Positions 47,584 to 56,650 of a stretch of DNA of 64,000 nt are shown here, in pieces; positions within the stretch are counted from its first letter, which is position 1, and every line of letters begins with the position of its first letter. The translations under genes and the position numbers were made by a program. The stretch spans positions 6,295-70,294 of the forward strand of contig JACQZH010000021.1 in NCBI GenBank assembly GCA_016213925.1. Direction: 5' to 3'. The notes below the pieces were generated by a model. That model saw nothing but the letters and a program-made list of their open reading frames with translations, ran no database searches and had not been told where the DNA came from. The DNA comes from Candidatus Omnitrophota bacterium (GTDB lineage: Bacteria > Omnitrophota > Gorgyraeia > B26-G9).

Positions 47584-48010
47584 ATGGAATCAGAAACAAA
47601 AAAGGTAATTTTGGTGGTTGAGGATGATCAGCTAAGCGCTACGGTGACAGCGGATTTTTTAAAAGCTAATGGCTACAATGTAATGCCATGTTTTGGCGGT
47701 AAGATGGCATTGGAAGCATTGCAGGAGTTTTCTCCTGACCTGGTATTGCTGGATATTCTTATGCCGGAAATTGACGGATATGAGGTTTGTAAAATAATAA
47801 GAAGCAGAAAATCCAGCCAGCTGCTCCCTGGATAAAATATTTGATAAATTTATACAAGTGCAGACGAAAAAGTCAAGGCTTGGCAGGGGGTTGGGGCTTA
47901 CATTTTGCAGGATGGTAGTTGAATCGCATAATGGCAAAATCTGGGCGGAAAGCGAGCTGGGAAAAGGGAGTATTTTTTTTCTTGCTTTACCTGCGAAAAG
48001 AAAAAAATAA
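47584..48010 (+). pseudogene. Disrupted hybrid response regulator/histidine kinase (REC fragment joined out of frame to an HATPase_c tail)
   Basis: REC (VEDD, LDILMP) stops at 47835. A second frame, 47828-48010, reads IFDKF...GRGLGL...HNGKIWAESELGKGS.F. Confidence 0.85.
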
Positions 48011-48064
48011 GAGCATCTATATAAAAACAGTGCAAGATAGCTTTATTTTAAAAGGAGAAATATT

Positions 48065-48577
48065 ATGGAACGTTTAAATACAGTGACTTTAAAAGAAAAA
48101 ACATTTACTCTTATCGGGCAGGTTTTGTCATCAAGTGAACAAGCTCCGGAATTTGAGGTTCTTGATAATGACCTAAAAAAAACCGGGCTTTTGGATTTTA
48201 AGGATAAGATAAAGATTATCTGCTCTGTGCCGTCCTTGGATACTCCGGTTTGCGACCTTGAAATAAAGAGATTTAATAAGGAAGCAGCTGCCTTATCGCA
48301 GGATATAGTAATAATATTTATAAGCATGGATCTGCCGTTTGCCCAAAAACGGTTTTGCCAGGCAAACGAGATCAAGAGCGTAAAAACATTTTCCGACCAC
48401 CGCAATGCGGATTTCGGTACAAAATACGGGGTGCTGATAAAAGAGCTGCGTTTACTGGCGAGGGCGGTATTTATTTTAGACACGCAGAACACGCTGCGTT
48501 ATGTCGAGTATGTAAGAGAGATAAGCAGCCAGCCTGATTATGATAAAGCTCTGGCAGTTTTAAAAAAACTAGTGTAG
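48065..48577 (+). CDS. tpx: Thiol peroxidase Tpx
   Basis: PSLDTPVC and SMDLPFAQKRFC motifs. Confidence 0.95.
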   Translation: MERLNTVTLKEKTFTLIGQVLSSSEQAPEFEVLDNDLKKTGLLDFKDKIKIICSVPSLDTPVCDLEIKRFNKEAAALSQDIVIIFISMDLPFAQKRFCQANEIKSVKTFSDHRNADFGTKYGVLIKELRLLARAVFILDTQNTLRYVEYVREISSQPDYDKALAVLKKLV

Positions 48578-48641
48578 GGGATGTATTGATAATGCAATTT
48601 GGAAAATTTAAAAGGAATTTTTGGTTTTTTAAATTTAAAAG

Positions 48642-49649
48642 ATGAAAATAACTAAAATAATTCTGATATTTTTATTTCTATGCTTTTTCTGTATTGTTTT
48701 ATGCGCAGCAGATGTGATTTATCTGAAAAACGGAAAACATATGGAAGGAGAAATAATTTCTGAAGATGAAAAAACAGTTTGGCTTGAGATGTTTGGCGGG
48801 AAGATAGGAATTAAAAAATCAAATATTAAGCAGATAGATAAGAAGAAATCCGAATACACTCAAACTCAGGTAATATCAATAGAAGGTTCGGAAGTATCTG
48901 CAGGTGAGGTTTATGTAAGAATTAATCCTATGATTGAGCTTGATTTTAAAAGTAAAGAAGAAATATATGAATTGCGCAGAAAATATGTTTTAGAGTATCC
49001 TGAACTTTTTGATGGGCAGTATCAGCCTTCACAGGATGTTTTTGGGCAAATAGAGAGCGAAAGGCCCTGGTGGGGAATTTTGGGGCTGTCTTATTATGGA
49101 GATGGTGAGCAAAGCATAGAGGGCCCTTCTGAAGAATCTCGTTTCATAGCCAATCCATTTCTTTTGGTGGGGATAACCGAAGCATCGGCGCATAGAATAA
49201 ATAATAAAAAATTAGAGCCTGAGCCGGTCTATCCTAAACCAAGTAATCTTATCTGGGATAAGCAAAATCGGCGGGCAAGCGTCAGATATGATACGAAAAG
49301 TTTTTTTAGTTTAAGAGAAAAATTTAATTATCAAGATGACTTTGAAATGGAATTGATAGCTTATAATGCCAGGGATTTAGGGTACAATTATTTATATGTA
49401 GTGCTAGAGGAATCTAAAAATATTGATTATTCAGGGAATGATAATCAGGCAGTTATTATAAGGCAATTTATACATTTAGGAGGAAGCTGCGGATATCCCG
49501 GCGGAGGCAATAACATGAGCCCTTACCAGCCGGAACTTATATTTAAGGTTAAAGCTTTGCCCGCATACTTACTCTTAAAGTTGTGGAAGAGCCAGCCTCC
49601 GGATGTTAGTCAAGAAGCGGATATGAGTTTTGAAATTGAAATGAGATGA
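48642..49649 (+). CDS. Secreted hypothetical protein
   Basis: Signal peptide followed by a D.IYLKNG..EG.I small beta domain. Confidence 0.7.
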   Translation: MKITKIILIFLFLCFFCIVLCAADVIYLKNGKHMEGEIISEDEKTVWLEMFGGKIGIKKSNIKQIDKKKSEYTQTQVISIEGSEVSAGEVYVRINPMIELDFKSKEEIYELRRKYVLEYPELFDGQYQPSQDVFGQIESERPWWGILGLSYYGDGEQSIEGPSEESRFIANPFLLVGITEASAHRINNKKLEPEPVYPKPSNLIWDKQNRRASVRYDTKSFFSLREKFNYQDDFEMELIAYNARDLGYNYLYVVLEESKNIDYSGNDNQAVIIRQFIHLGGSCGYPGGGNNMSPYQPELIFKVKALPAYLLLKLWKSQPPDVSQEADMSFEIEMR

Positions 49650-49694
49650 GAAATAGTTGTTCCGGATGGAATCTAAGATTAGAAGATTGAAAAA

Positions 49695-50552
49695 ATGCAT
49701 ATTGAAGATATTTCATTAGAACACAGAGCGCTTTTAGATAAGAGGCTTAAGCATATAGGCGCCGGCTTATCAGATTTTAGTTTTTCCGGCATGTATCTTT
49801 TTCGGCGGCTTTATAACAACGAACTTATTTTTGATAATGACAATATTTTTATACGCGGAAAAACGCATGACGGGTTTACCCATCTTATGCTTACATGCCA
49901 TCCTAAAGATATTGAGCCGCAATATCTAAAGAGCATGCTAAGATATGCTGATTTTTTGTTTCCTATCCCTGAACCGTGGCTTGCTGAGGTTTTCCTGAAC
50001 GAGCAGTTTCAATGCGTTTTTAATGACGGAGATTCAGATTATGTTTATGATATTTCCCGGATATCCGCTTATTCAGGCAGAAAACTGCATAATAAGCGCA
50101 ATCTTTTAAAACAGTTTATCAGCGGTTATGAGCATAAATCATATCCTCTTATCGAAGAATACAAAGACGCGGCAAGGAAAATTCTTGATGAGTGGCAGGA
50201 AAATAGCGGCGAGGACAAAAACTCTACGGATTATTATCCCTGCCTTGAAGCATTGCAAAAAAGCGAGGAGCTTATTTTGTGCGGGATGATCTATTATGTC
50301 GGCAATGAACCTGCCGGATTTATTCTCGGCGAAGAATTAACAGCAGATATATTTGATATCAAGTTCGCGAAAGCTAAAAAAAAGTTTAAGGGTATCTATC
50401 AATATCTTTATAATGATTTGGCGAAACTTCTGCCGAAAAAATATGCTTTTTTCAATTTTGAAGAGGATTTAGGAAAGCAGGAATTAAGATCCGCAAAGTC
50501 TTCATATATTCCCAGCAGAAAACTGCTTAAATACAGGGTTAGTTTAAGATGA
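49695..50552 (+). CDS. DUF2156 / GNAT-like aminoacyltransferase domain protein
   Basis: DYVY...GRKLHNKRN and NFEEDLG..LR.AK.SY motifs. Confidence 0.8.
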   Translation: MHIEDISLEHRALLDKRLKHIGAGLSDFSFSGMYLFRRLYNNELIFDNDNIFIRGKTHDGFTHLMLTCHPKDIEPQYLKSMLRYADFLFPIPEPWLAEVFLNEQFQCVFNDGDSDYVYDISRISAYSGRKLHNKRNLLKQFISGYEHKSYPLIEEYKDAARKILDEWQENSGEDKNSTDYYPCLEALQKSEELILCGMIYYVGNEPAGFILGEELTADIFDIKFAKAKKKFKGIYQYLYNDLAKLLPKKYAFFNFEEDLGKQELRSAKSSYIPSRKLLKYRVSLR

Positions 50553-50574
50553 ACTTAAAAGGAGGAAGATTTAT

Positions 50575-50931
50575 ATGCATAAAATTTTAATAACAGCGGT
50601 TATGCTTGCCTGCAGTAATGTGTTTATGACTTTTGCCTGGTACGGGCATCTGAAGAATTTTAATACCAAGCCCTGGATAATCGCGGCGCTGATTAGCTGG
50701 GGCATCGCGCTTTTTGAATATCTTATCCAGGTGCCGGCAAACCGTTTGGGCCATCAGGTGATGAATCTCGGCCAGTTGAAGATCCTGCAGGAAGCGATAA
50801 CATTGACAGTGTTTATTCCATTCACTATTTTTTATATGAAGGAAAGCTTAAAACAGGAATATCTTTGGGCGTCTCTTTTTATTCTTGCCGCTGTGGTTTG
50901 TATTTTCCGCGGGGCATTGGTTAAAGGATAA
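50575..50931 (+). CDS. DMT family protein (DUF486-like)
   Basis: SNVFMTFAWYGHL and EYLIQVPANR motifs. Confidence 0.88.
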   Translation: MHKILITAVMLACSNVFMTFAWYGHLKNFNTKPWIIAALISWGIALFEYLIQVPANRLGHQVMNLGQLKILQEAITLTVFIPFTIFYMKESLKQEYLWASLFILAAVVCIFRGALVKG

Positions 50932-51036
50932 ATTATTTCTTTAGCCTTAATTATTTTTTAATATTATTGTATAATAACTTGACTAAAGATGAGAATAAAT
51001 GGATGATTTTTTTAATGATTAAAAAAGAGGAGGGAT

Positions 51037-51327
51037 ATGTTGCATACGAGCACAGATTGGAAAAAAGATGGAGCTTCTTCTTTAAAGGAGCTTTTAGGTA
51101 AGTGGTTATGCCTGTTATATGCGCTTGTGTACGCTGGGTTTATTTTTATTAATGTGGCCAGCCCCCAGTTTATGGGGATTGACGTTGGCAGCCTTAACGT
51201 GGCGATTGTTTATGGTTTCGGGCTGATACTTTTTGCTATGGTGCTTGCGTTTATCTATAATCAGGTAAGTACTCACGCTGAAGAATTGCTTAATCAGCCT
51301 GAAGATAGAGAGGAGAAAACAGCATGA
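51037..51327 (+). CDS. DUF485 small membrane protein (ActP partner)
   Basis: Two TM helices; overlaps the actP start. Confidence 0.8.
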   Translation: MLHTSTDWKKDGASSLKELLGKWLCLLYALVYAGFIFINVASPQFMGIDVGSLNVAIVYGFGLILFAMVLAFIYNQVSTHAEELLNQPEDREEKTA

Positions 51328-53246
51328 ATTATCAGGCATCCCCATGGGCAATCGCGCTTTTTGTTATTTTTGTGATTTCAGTATTAGGGATTTCTTATTA
51401 TTTTGCCCGCAGGACAAAATCGGCAAAAGGTTTTTTTGCCGCGGGAGGAAACATCCATTGGTCAGTCAACGGCATAGCGTTTGCCGGTGATTATCTTTCT
51501 GCCGCTTCGTTTCTGGGTATTTGCGGAATGATCTCCATTGCCGGATTTGACGGATTTCTTTATTCCATAGGTTACCTTGCCGGATGGATCGTGGCGTTAT
51601 TCGTAGTTGCCGAGCCGATGAAACGGCTGGGAAAATATACTTTTGCCGACGCTTTAGACTCAAAGTTCAACTCAAAAGGGATTCAGATTGCCGCTGCTAT
51701 CAGCACGTTAATGGTGTCAATTTTCTACCTTATCCCTCAGATGGTTGGAGCTGGCAGCCTGGTAACGCCGCTGTTAGGATTGCCTCATGAAATAGGGGTT
51801 ATCTTAGTGGGCGTGATAGTTATTATTATTGTAGCTACCGCAGGAATGGCTTCAACTACGTACGTTCAGTTTATTAAAGGGACTATGCTGATCGTATTTT
51901 CCCTTACCTTGGTGTTTCTTGTTTTTTCAAGGGGGATTTCAACTAAACCTGATCAGGGCGGAGACGTGCCTTTTCGGGGGTTTAAAACAATACCTGTTAC
52001 GGTTAGTACGGATAAGTCAGTTGCTTTAGCGGATAATTCGTATGCGGTGAAAAAAATGCTTACTTTTGGAGAAGGTGAAAAACAACTGCTTTTTGTGTTA
52101 TTAGTAAAAGACTCCCAAGAGACTATTTGGAAGTATAATACGAAAACAAACCTTTTAGAGGAAACCTTGTATACCGCTAAATTGCCTAATAATACCACAT
52201 TATATAATGGGGCGCCAAAAGAACAGGCGCAGTTTTATCAAGTTGGGCATATGAGTATGATTGATGGAAAATCTGATGCTAAAACCGGAACGCTTGATTT
52301 CTTTTCTTTTATAGAAAAAATAAAAAACGGCGTGGTGGTTAGATGGAACAAAACTCTTTTGGCTGATGAAGGCATTAAGTATACCATTTATCATCAGAAC
52401 CCTACGCTGGGCAGCGAAATTCTAAAGCCGGGCTTGAAATTTAAAGTTGATTCAGCAAAAGGCGCTAGTCTTATGGATAAGATAGATTTTATATCTCTAA
52501 TGCTCGCGTTATTTTTCGGGACCGCGGCATTACCGCATATTTTAATCCGCTACTACACGGTCAGAAGCCCGGCATGCGCGAGAAAATCGACTATTGTGGC
52601 GATTGCCGCGATTGGCTTATTTTATATTCTGACGCTATATATGGGCTTAGGGGCAATGGTTAATGGCGTAATTGATCTTACCAATGACAATATGTCGGCT
52701 CCGCTTTTGGCCAGGTCATTCGGAATTGCTATATTCGCGGTTATTTCCGCGCTTGCGTTTGCGACAGTCCTGGGCACGGTAAGCGGGTTGATTGTTGCCG
52801 CTTCAGGCGCGGTAGCCCATGATATTATGGATAGATTCATGGAAAAAAACATGAACGATCATGATAAGGTTAAAGCGGGAAAGATAGCTTCTGTTGCGGT
52901 AGGCGCGATTGCGATTATACTAGGTATTATTTTTAAGGGTATGAATGTTTCGTATCTGGTAGGGTGGGCGTTTGCAATTGCCGCTTCAGCGAATTTACCG
53001 GCAATCATGATGATACTTTTCTGGAAGAAAACTACTTCAAGAGGGGTTTTTGCTTCGATAGTGGTTGGTTTAGTTTCAGCGCTTGGATTAATCCTGCTTT
53101 CACAGGAAACATATACCAATGTGTACCATATTATTAACGTAAAAGCATTAGTGCCGATAAATAATCCCGCGATTATTTCCGTGCCTCTTAGTTTTTTAAC
53201 ATTGGTCGTAGTTTCGTTATTAACACAGCCTAAAGAGGCAAGGTAA
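51324..53246 (+). CDS. actP: Cation/acetate symporter ActP (SSS family)
   Basis: NGIAFAGDYLSAASFLG, GTAALPHILIRYY and AFATVLGTV motifs. Confidence 0.88.
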   Translation: MNYQASPWAIALFVIFVISVLGISYYFARRTKSAKGFFAAGGNIHWSVNGIAFAGDYLSAASFLGICGMISIAGFDGFLYSIGYLAGWIVALFVVAEPMKRLGKYTFADALDSKFNSKGIQIAAAISTLMVSIFYLIPQMVGAGSLVTPLLGLPHEIGVILVGVIVIIIVATAGMASTTYVQFIKGTMLIVFSLTLVFLVFSRGISTKPDQGGDVPFRGFKTIPVTVSTDKSVALADNSYAVKKMLTFGEGEKQLLFVLLVKDSQETIWKYNTKTNLLEETLYTAKLPNNTTLYNGAPKEQAQFYQVGHMSMIDGKSDAKTGTLDFFSFIEKIKNGVVVRWNKTLLADEGIKYTIYHQNPTLGSEILKPGLKFKVDSAKGASLMDKIDFISLMLALFFGTAALPHILIRYYTVRSPACARKSTIVAIAAIGLFYILTLYMGLGAMVNGVIDLTNDNMSAPLLARSFGIAIFAVISALAFATVLGTVSGLIVAASGAVAHDIMDRFMEKNMNDHDKVKAGKIASVAVGAIAIILGIIFKGMNVSYLVGWAFAIAASANLPAIMMILFWKKTTSRGVFASIVVGLVSALGLILLSQETYTNVYHIINVKALVPINNPAIISVPLSFLTLVVVSLLTQPKEAR

Positions 53247-53322
53247 AAGATAACGTAAGTTAAATAAAAACAACATGGCCAAGACATCGGATAGCGGAAA
53301 ACTATATTAGGAAAGAAAGAGA

Positions 53323-53889
53323 ATGATTAGCGCGAATGAACTGAAACGCAAGGCAATGATTATGATCGATGGAGAACCATACCAGGTTCTGGAGGTGTTT
53401 ATCGCTCTTCCTTCGGCGCGCGGCGCGTCAACCATGGTGCGTGTTAAAATTAGGCATTTGTTGAGCGGCTTGGCGCAGGATAGGACTTTCAAGGCAGCGG
53501 ATAAATTTATTGAGGCGGACGTGGATATTGTTGACGCGCATTTTCTCTACAAAGACGCGGACGCTTATTATTTTATGGATCAGAATACATTTGAAACTTT
53601 GGAGCTTTCGCAGCCAATGGCTGGCGATTTGGCCGGGTATCTGATTGAAGAGCTTGCGGTTAAAATTATGATGTATAACGGCGCTCCTGCGTCGCTGGAA
53701 CTGCCGCCATTTGTTAATATGAAAGTTACGCAGACGGACGCGCCTATACAGCAGGCAGGCAGCGCCGGAGGAGGCACGAAGAACGCGACTCTTGCCAGCG
53801 GCCTGGTTGTGAAGGTGCCGCAGTACATTGTTGCCGGAGAGACAGTGCGCGTGAATACGCAAACCGGGGAAGTGTCCGGACGGGCGTAG
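53323..53889 (+). CDS. Elongation factor P family protein, EfpL/YeiP-type loop
   Basis: EF-P fold motifs (K.ATL..G..V.VP.YI..GE); tip loop PSARGAST instead of KPGKG. Confidence 0.85.
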   Translation: MISANELKRKAMIMIDGEPYQVLEVFIALPSARGASTMVRVKIRHLLSGLAQDRTFKAADKFIEADVDIVDAHFLYKDADAYYFMDQNTFETLELSQPMAGDLAGYLIEELAVKIMMYNGAPASLELPPFVNMKVTQTDAPIQQAGSAGGGTKNATLASGLVVKVPQYIVAGETVRVNTQTGEVSGRA

Positions 53890-53961
53890 AGGTGTTGTCC
53901 GGGCTGCAAGCTAAAAATTGCTTTGCATATTTAAAAAATTAGTGTTAATATATGGCGAATT

Positions 53962-54429
53962 ATGGCGGAAACATTAGGAAGTCTTATCGATAAATTAACA
54001 ATAAAGTCAATCAGGGAATTTTATCTTAACAAGCTGATTAAATCCCGGAAGTCTGATTTTCCATTAGCGCAGTTAAAAGAAAAAATGGAAGTCCTTAAAA
54101 AGCAGAAAAAACAGCTTGGAAAAGAAATTGATTTGTTTGTAAATTCCGCTGCTGAAAGCGATTTTCCTTTGCGTGAGGAGAAGTTAAAGCTATATAATAA
54201 GCCCATCTCCATCGGAAATATAGGAAAAGCCCAGGCGATTTCGCAAACTGTCGATAAACTGGCGCAGAAAAACCTGGAACTATGGCAGTTAGAGGACCAG
54301 GCCCGCAGAACAGATGTCCCTCTTGAATATATAGGAAATATCAAAAGAAAAATCGACCTGGCAAACCAGCAGCGCAATGACCTGATTGACAGGATCGATG
54401 AGTTGTTCGAGAAAAAAGTACGAAAATAA
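53962..54429 (+). CDS. DUF4254-like protein
   Basis: AETLGSLIDKLTI and NLELWQLEDQAR...IDLANQQRNDLIDRID motifs. Confidence 0.75.
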   Translation: MAETLGSLIDKLTIKSIREFYLNKLIKSRKSDFPLAQLKEKMEVLKKQKKQLGKEIDLFVNSAAESDFPLREEKLKLYNKPISIGNIGKAQAISQTVDKLAQKNLELWQLEDQARRTDVPLEYIGNIKRKIDLANQQRNDLIDRIDELFEKKVRK

Positions 54430-54442
54430 ATTGAAATTTTTG

Positions 54443-55549
54443 TTATGTTTTAAGGTTTTCTTTTAAGTGTTCGCTAATCTTTAAAAATACTTCTTCCGGA
54501 GTGATCGCGCTAAGGCATTCACGTTTAATTGCCCGGCTGCATTTGAACCGGCATGGTGAACAAGCCAGATTTTTGTAAAAAACCATGCTGTTTTTCCCTA
54601 TAGGAGAAAATTTGCGCGGCGTGGTCGGCCCGAAAATAGCCGCGCTTAAACTTCCCAGGCAGCTGGCTAAATGCAAACTTCCGCTGTCATTGCCGATAAT
54701 GGCTTTGCAGTGCTTCAGGATAGCTGCTTCGTCGAGGATTTCTGTGGCCGAATCTTTATCTATTTCCAAAGGGATAATTGAGGATGATTGCATTTTTTTG
54801 GAAACTATTCTTAATAGATCAATATCTTTCGGGCTTCCCAAAAGCAATATGCGGTATCCTTTTTTAGCGAATAAATCGCCTAATTTCGCGAAATGTTCAG
54901 GCATCCAGTTTTTAAAATCCATGCCGCAGCCGGGGAACATGGCAATAAATTTACTATTGGGGAAACTAGACAGAAATTTTTCCGTCTTTTCTTGAGATGT
55001 TTTAGGCAAAGAAAGCTGTATGCTGTTTAAGTCAAAATCCTGGATTCCCAGGCGTGCCGGCAGGGTTATCAATTGTTCAAGAATATGCATTTTTTTATAC
55101 TCAAGGCCAGGCATCGGCCAGTCGGAAAGAAAGAAGCTTGCGCTTAGCATATATTTAGGGTTAAGGCAGCGCAGCCAGAAGCTTGTTTCCCAGCGGCGCT
55201 GTGTATCAATTAGAAGATCGATTTTCCCTTTCCAGAGTTTTCTGAAATTCAGGAATTTCCTGATGCCTTTGCCTTTGTCCGGCCGTTCAAAATGGATATA
55301 TCCGTCTAAATAGGGGATAGCTTTAAAGATTTTTTCAAAACGCGGATAGATTATTCCCATATAATATATTTTTGCATCGGGAAAAGCGTCGCGGATCATT
55401 TTAAAGAAAAGCACGCCGACAGCCAGGTCGCCTAATCCGCCGCCGCCTTTATAGATAGCGATTTCCTTAACCTTATCCCGAAGCTCAAGATACGGCTTTT
55501 GCGCCTTGAATTTCTTAAATTGTTTTATTTGTAAGAACTTAAAGTCCAT
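54443..55549 (-). CDS. Glycosyltransferase family 9 (heptosyltransferase-like)
   Basis: GLGD, KNW..EHF and GNDSGSLHLA..G.....IFGPT motifs. Confidence 0.9.
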   Translation of the reverse strand: MDFKFLQIKQFKKFKAQKPYLELRDKVKEIAIYKGGGGLGDLAVGVLFFKMIRDAFPDAKIYYMGIIYPRFEKIFKAIPYLDGYIHFERPDKGKGIRKFLNFRKLWKGKIDLLIDTQRRWETSFWLRCLNPKYMLSASFFLSDWPMPGLEYKKMHILEQLITLPARLGIQDFDLNSIQLSLPKTSQEKTEKFLSSFPNSKFIAMFPGCGMDFKNWMPEHFAKLGDLFAKKGYRILLLGSPKDIDLLRIVSKKMQSSSIIPLEIDKDSATEILDEAAILKHCKAIIGNDSGSLHLASCLGSLSAAIFGPTTPRKFSPIGKNSMVFYKNLACSPCRFKCSRAIKRECLSAITPEEVFLKISEHLKENLKT

Positions 55550-55710
55550 AACAGGATATATTCTATCATTAAGCGGATTAAAACTGAATTTAATTTTTCT
55601 CCCGAACCGGCCATGTTTGCCGGAACAGTTTGGTTAGTTAATACAGATATGATATACTACTTTATCAAGCTTAAAAAGAGGATAGTAATGACAATAAGAG
55701 GAGGTATAAC

Positions 55711-56061
55711 GTGGCTAAAGTGTTAATAGCTTTTCTGCTGTTTTTAAGCGGCTCGTCAATTGCTTACGCACATCCGCCTTCTGATATTAAAATAACTTTT
55801 GACCCGGAGAAAAAATTAATTACAGCCGAGGCCTTGCATGAAACCAGTGATCCGCTGCGCCACTATATTAAAAAAGTTGAAATAAAGCTTAATGGGAAAG
55901 AGATTATTAAGCAGAAGATATCCCAACAGGATAATGAAAGCAGCCAGACAGTATTTTATATTATCCCCGACGCGAAAGGCGCGGATGTCATTTCAGTGGA
56001 CGCATCCTGCAGGATGACCGGAAAATTAAAGAAAAAAATAAAAATAGAAATTAAAAAATAA
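55711..56061 (+). CDS. Exported His-containing protein, desulfoferrodoxin/SoxZ-like fold possible
   Basis: Signal peptide AYA|HPP, then H...HYIK and a Cys near the C-terminus. Confidence 0.55.
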   Translation: MAKVLIAFLLFLSGSSIAYAHPPSDIKITFDPEKKLITAEALHETSDPLRHYIKKVEIKLNGKEIIKQKISQQDNESSQTVFYIIPDAKGADVISVDASCRMTGKLKKKIKIEIKK

Positions 56062-56074
56062 ATCCGGATGTAAC

Positions 56075-56132
56075 TTGACGGAATATTTGTTATGTGATAT
56101 ACTGTTAATAGGCTAACAATATGGCTATTAAC
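56075..56132 (+). promoter_or_regulatory. Promoter and probable MarR operator
   Basis: TTGACG-N17-TATACT immediately followed by inverted repeat GTTAATAG-N13-CTATTAAC. Confidence 0.65.
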
Positions 56133-56146
56133 TAAAAGGAAGGCTT

Positions 56147-56650
56147 ATGTCATTAGAAAAAGAGATTAAAATGGAGAAAAAAATTAACACTGTCCGCCAT
56201 GAAGCTCTTTTGAATGTCGTGCGCACCGCGGATTTTATAGAAAAAATCTCCTACTCCTTTTTTAAAAAATATGGAGTAACAGCCGCGCAGTATAATGTGA
56301 TGATCGTATTAAAATTAGCGGCAAAGGATTTAACGCAGGCGCAGATAGGGGAAAGGCTGATTACCAGCCGGGCAAATGTTACTTCTTTGATTGACCAGCT
56401 GGAGAAAAGAAAATTCGTGCGAAGAAAAAGCGTGGCTGATGACCGCAGGGTGTATATTATAGAACTAACGCAGGCAGGCAAGGATCTCTTGAAAAAAGTA
56501 GAGCCGGCGTATTTGGATATCGTGGAAAAGAAGATGGCAGTTTTGACGGTAAAAGAAAATCATCAGCTTAGCCTGTTATTAACAAAGCTGAGGAAAATCT
56601 TTAATGTTTATGATAAGGAAGGAGATTGCGCAGATGAAATATTGTATTAA
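56147..56650 (+). CDS. MarR family regulator
   Basis: GVTAAQYNV, LEKR.FV.R and DDRR...LT..G motifs. Confidence 0.92.
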   Translation: MSLEKEIKMEKKINTVRHEALLNVVRTADFIEKISYSFFKKYGVTAAQYNVMIVLKLAAKDLTQAQIGERLITSRANVTSLIDQLEKRKFVRRKSVADDRRVYIIELTQAGKDLLKKVEPAYLDIVEKKMAVLTVKENHQLSLLLTKLRKIFNVYDKEGDCADEILY

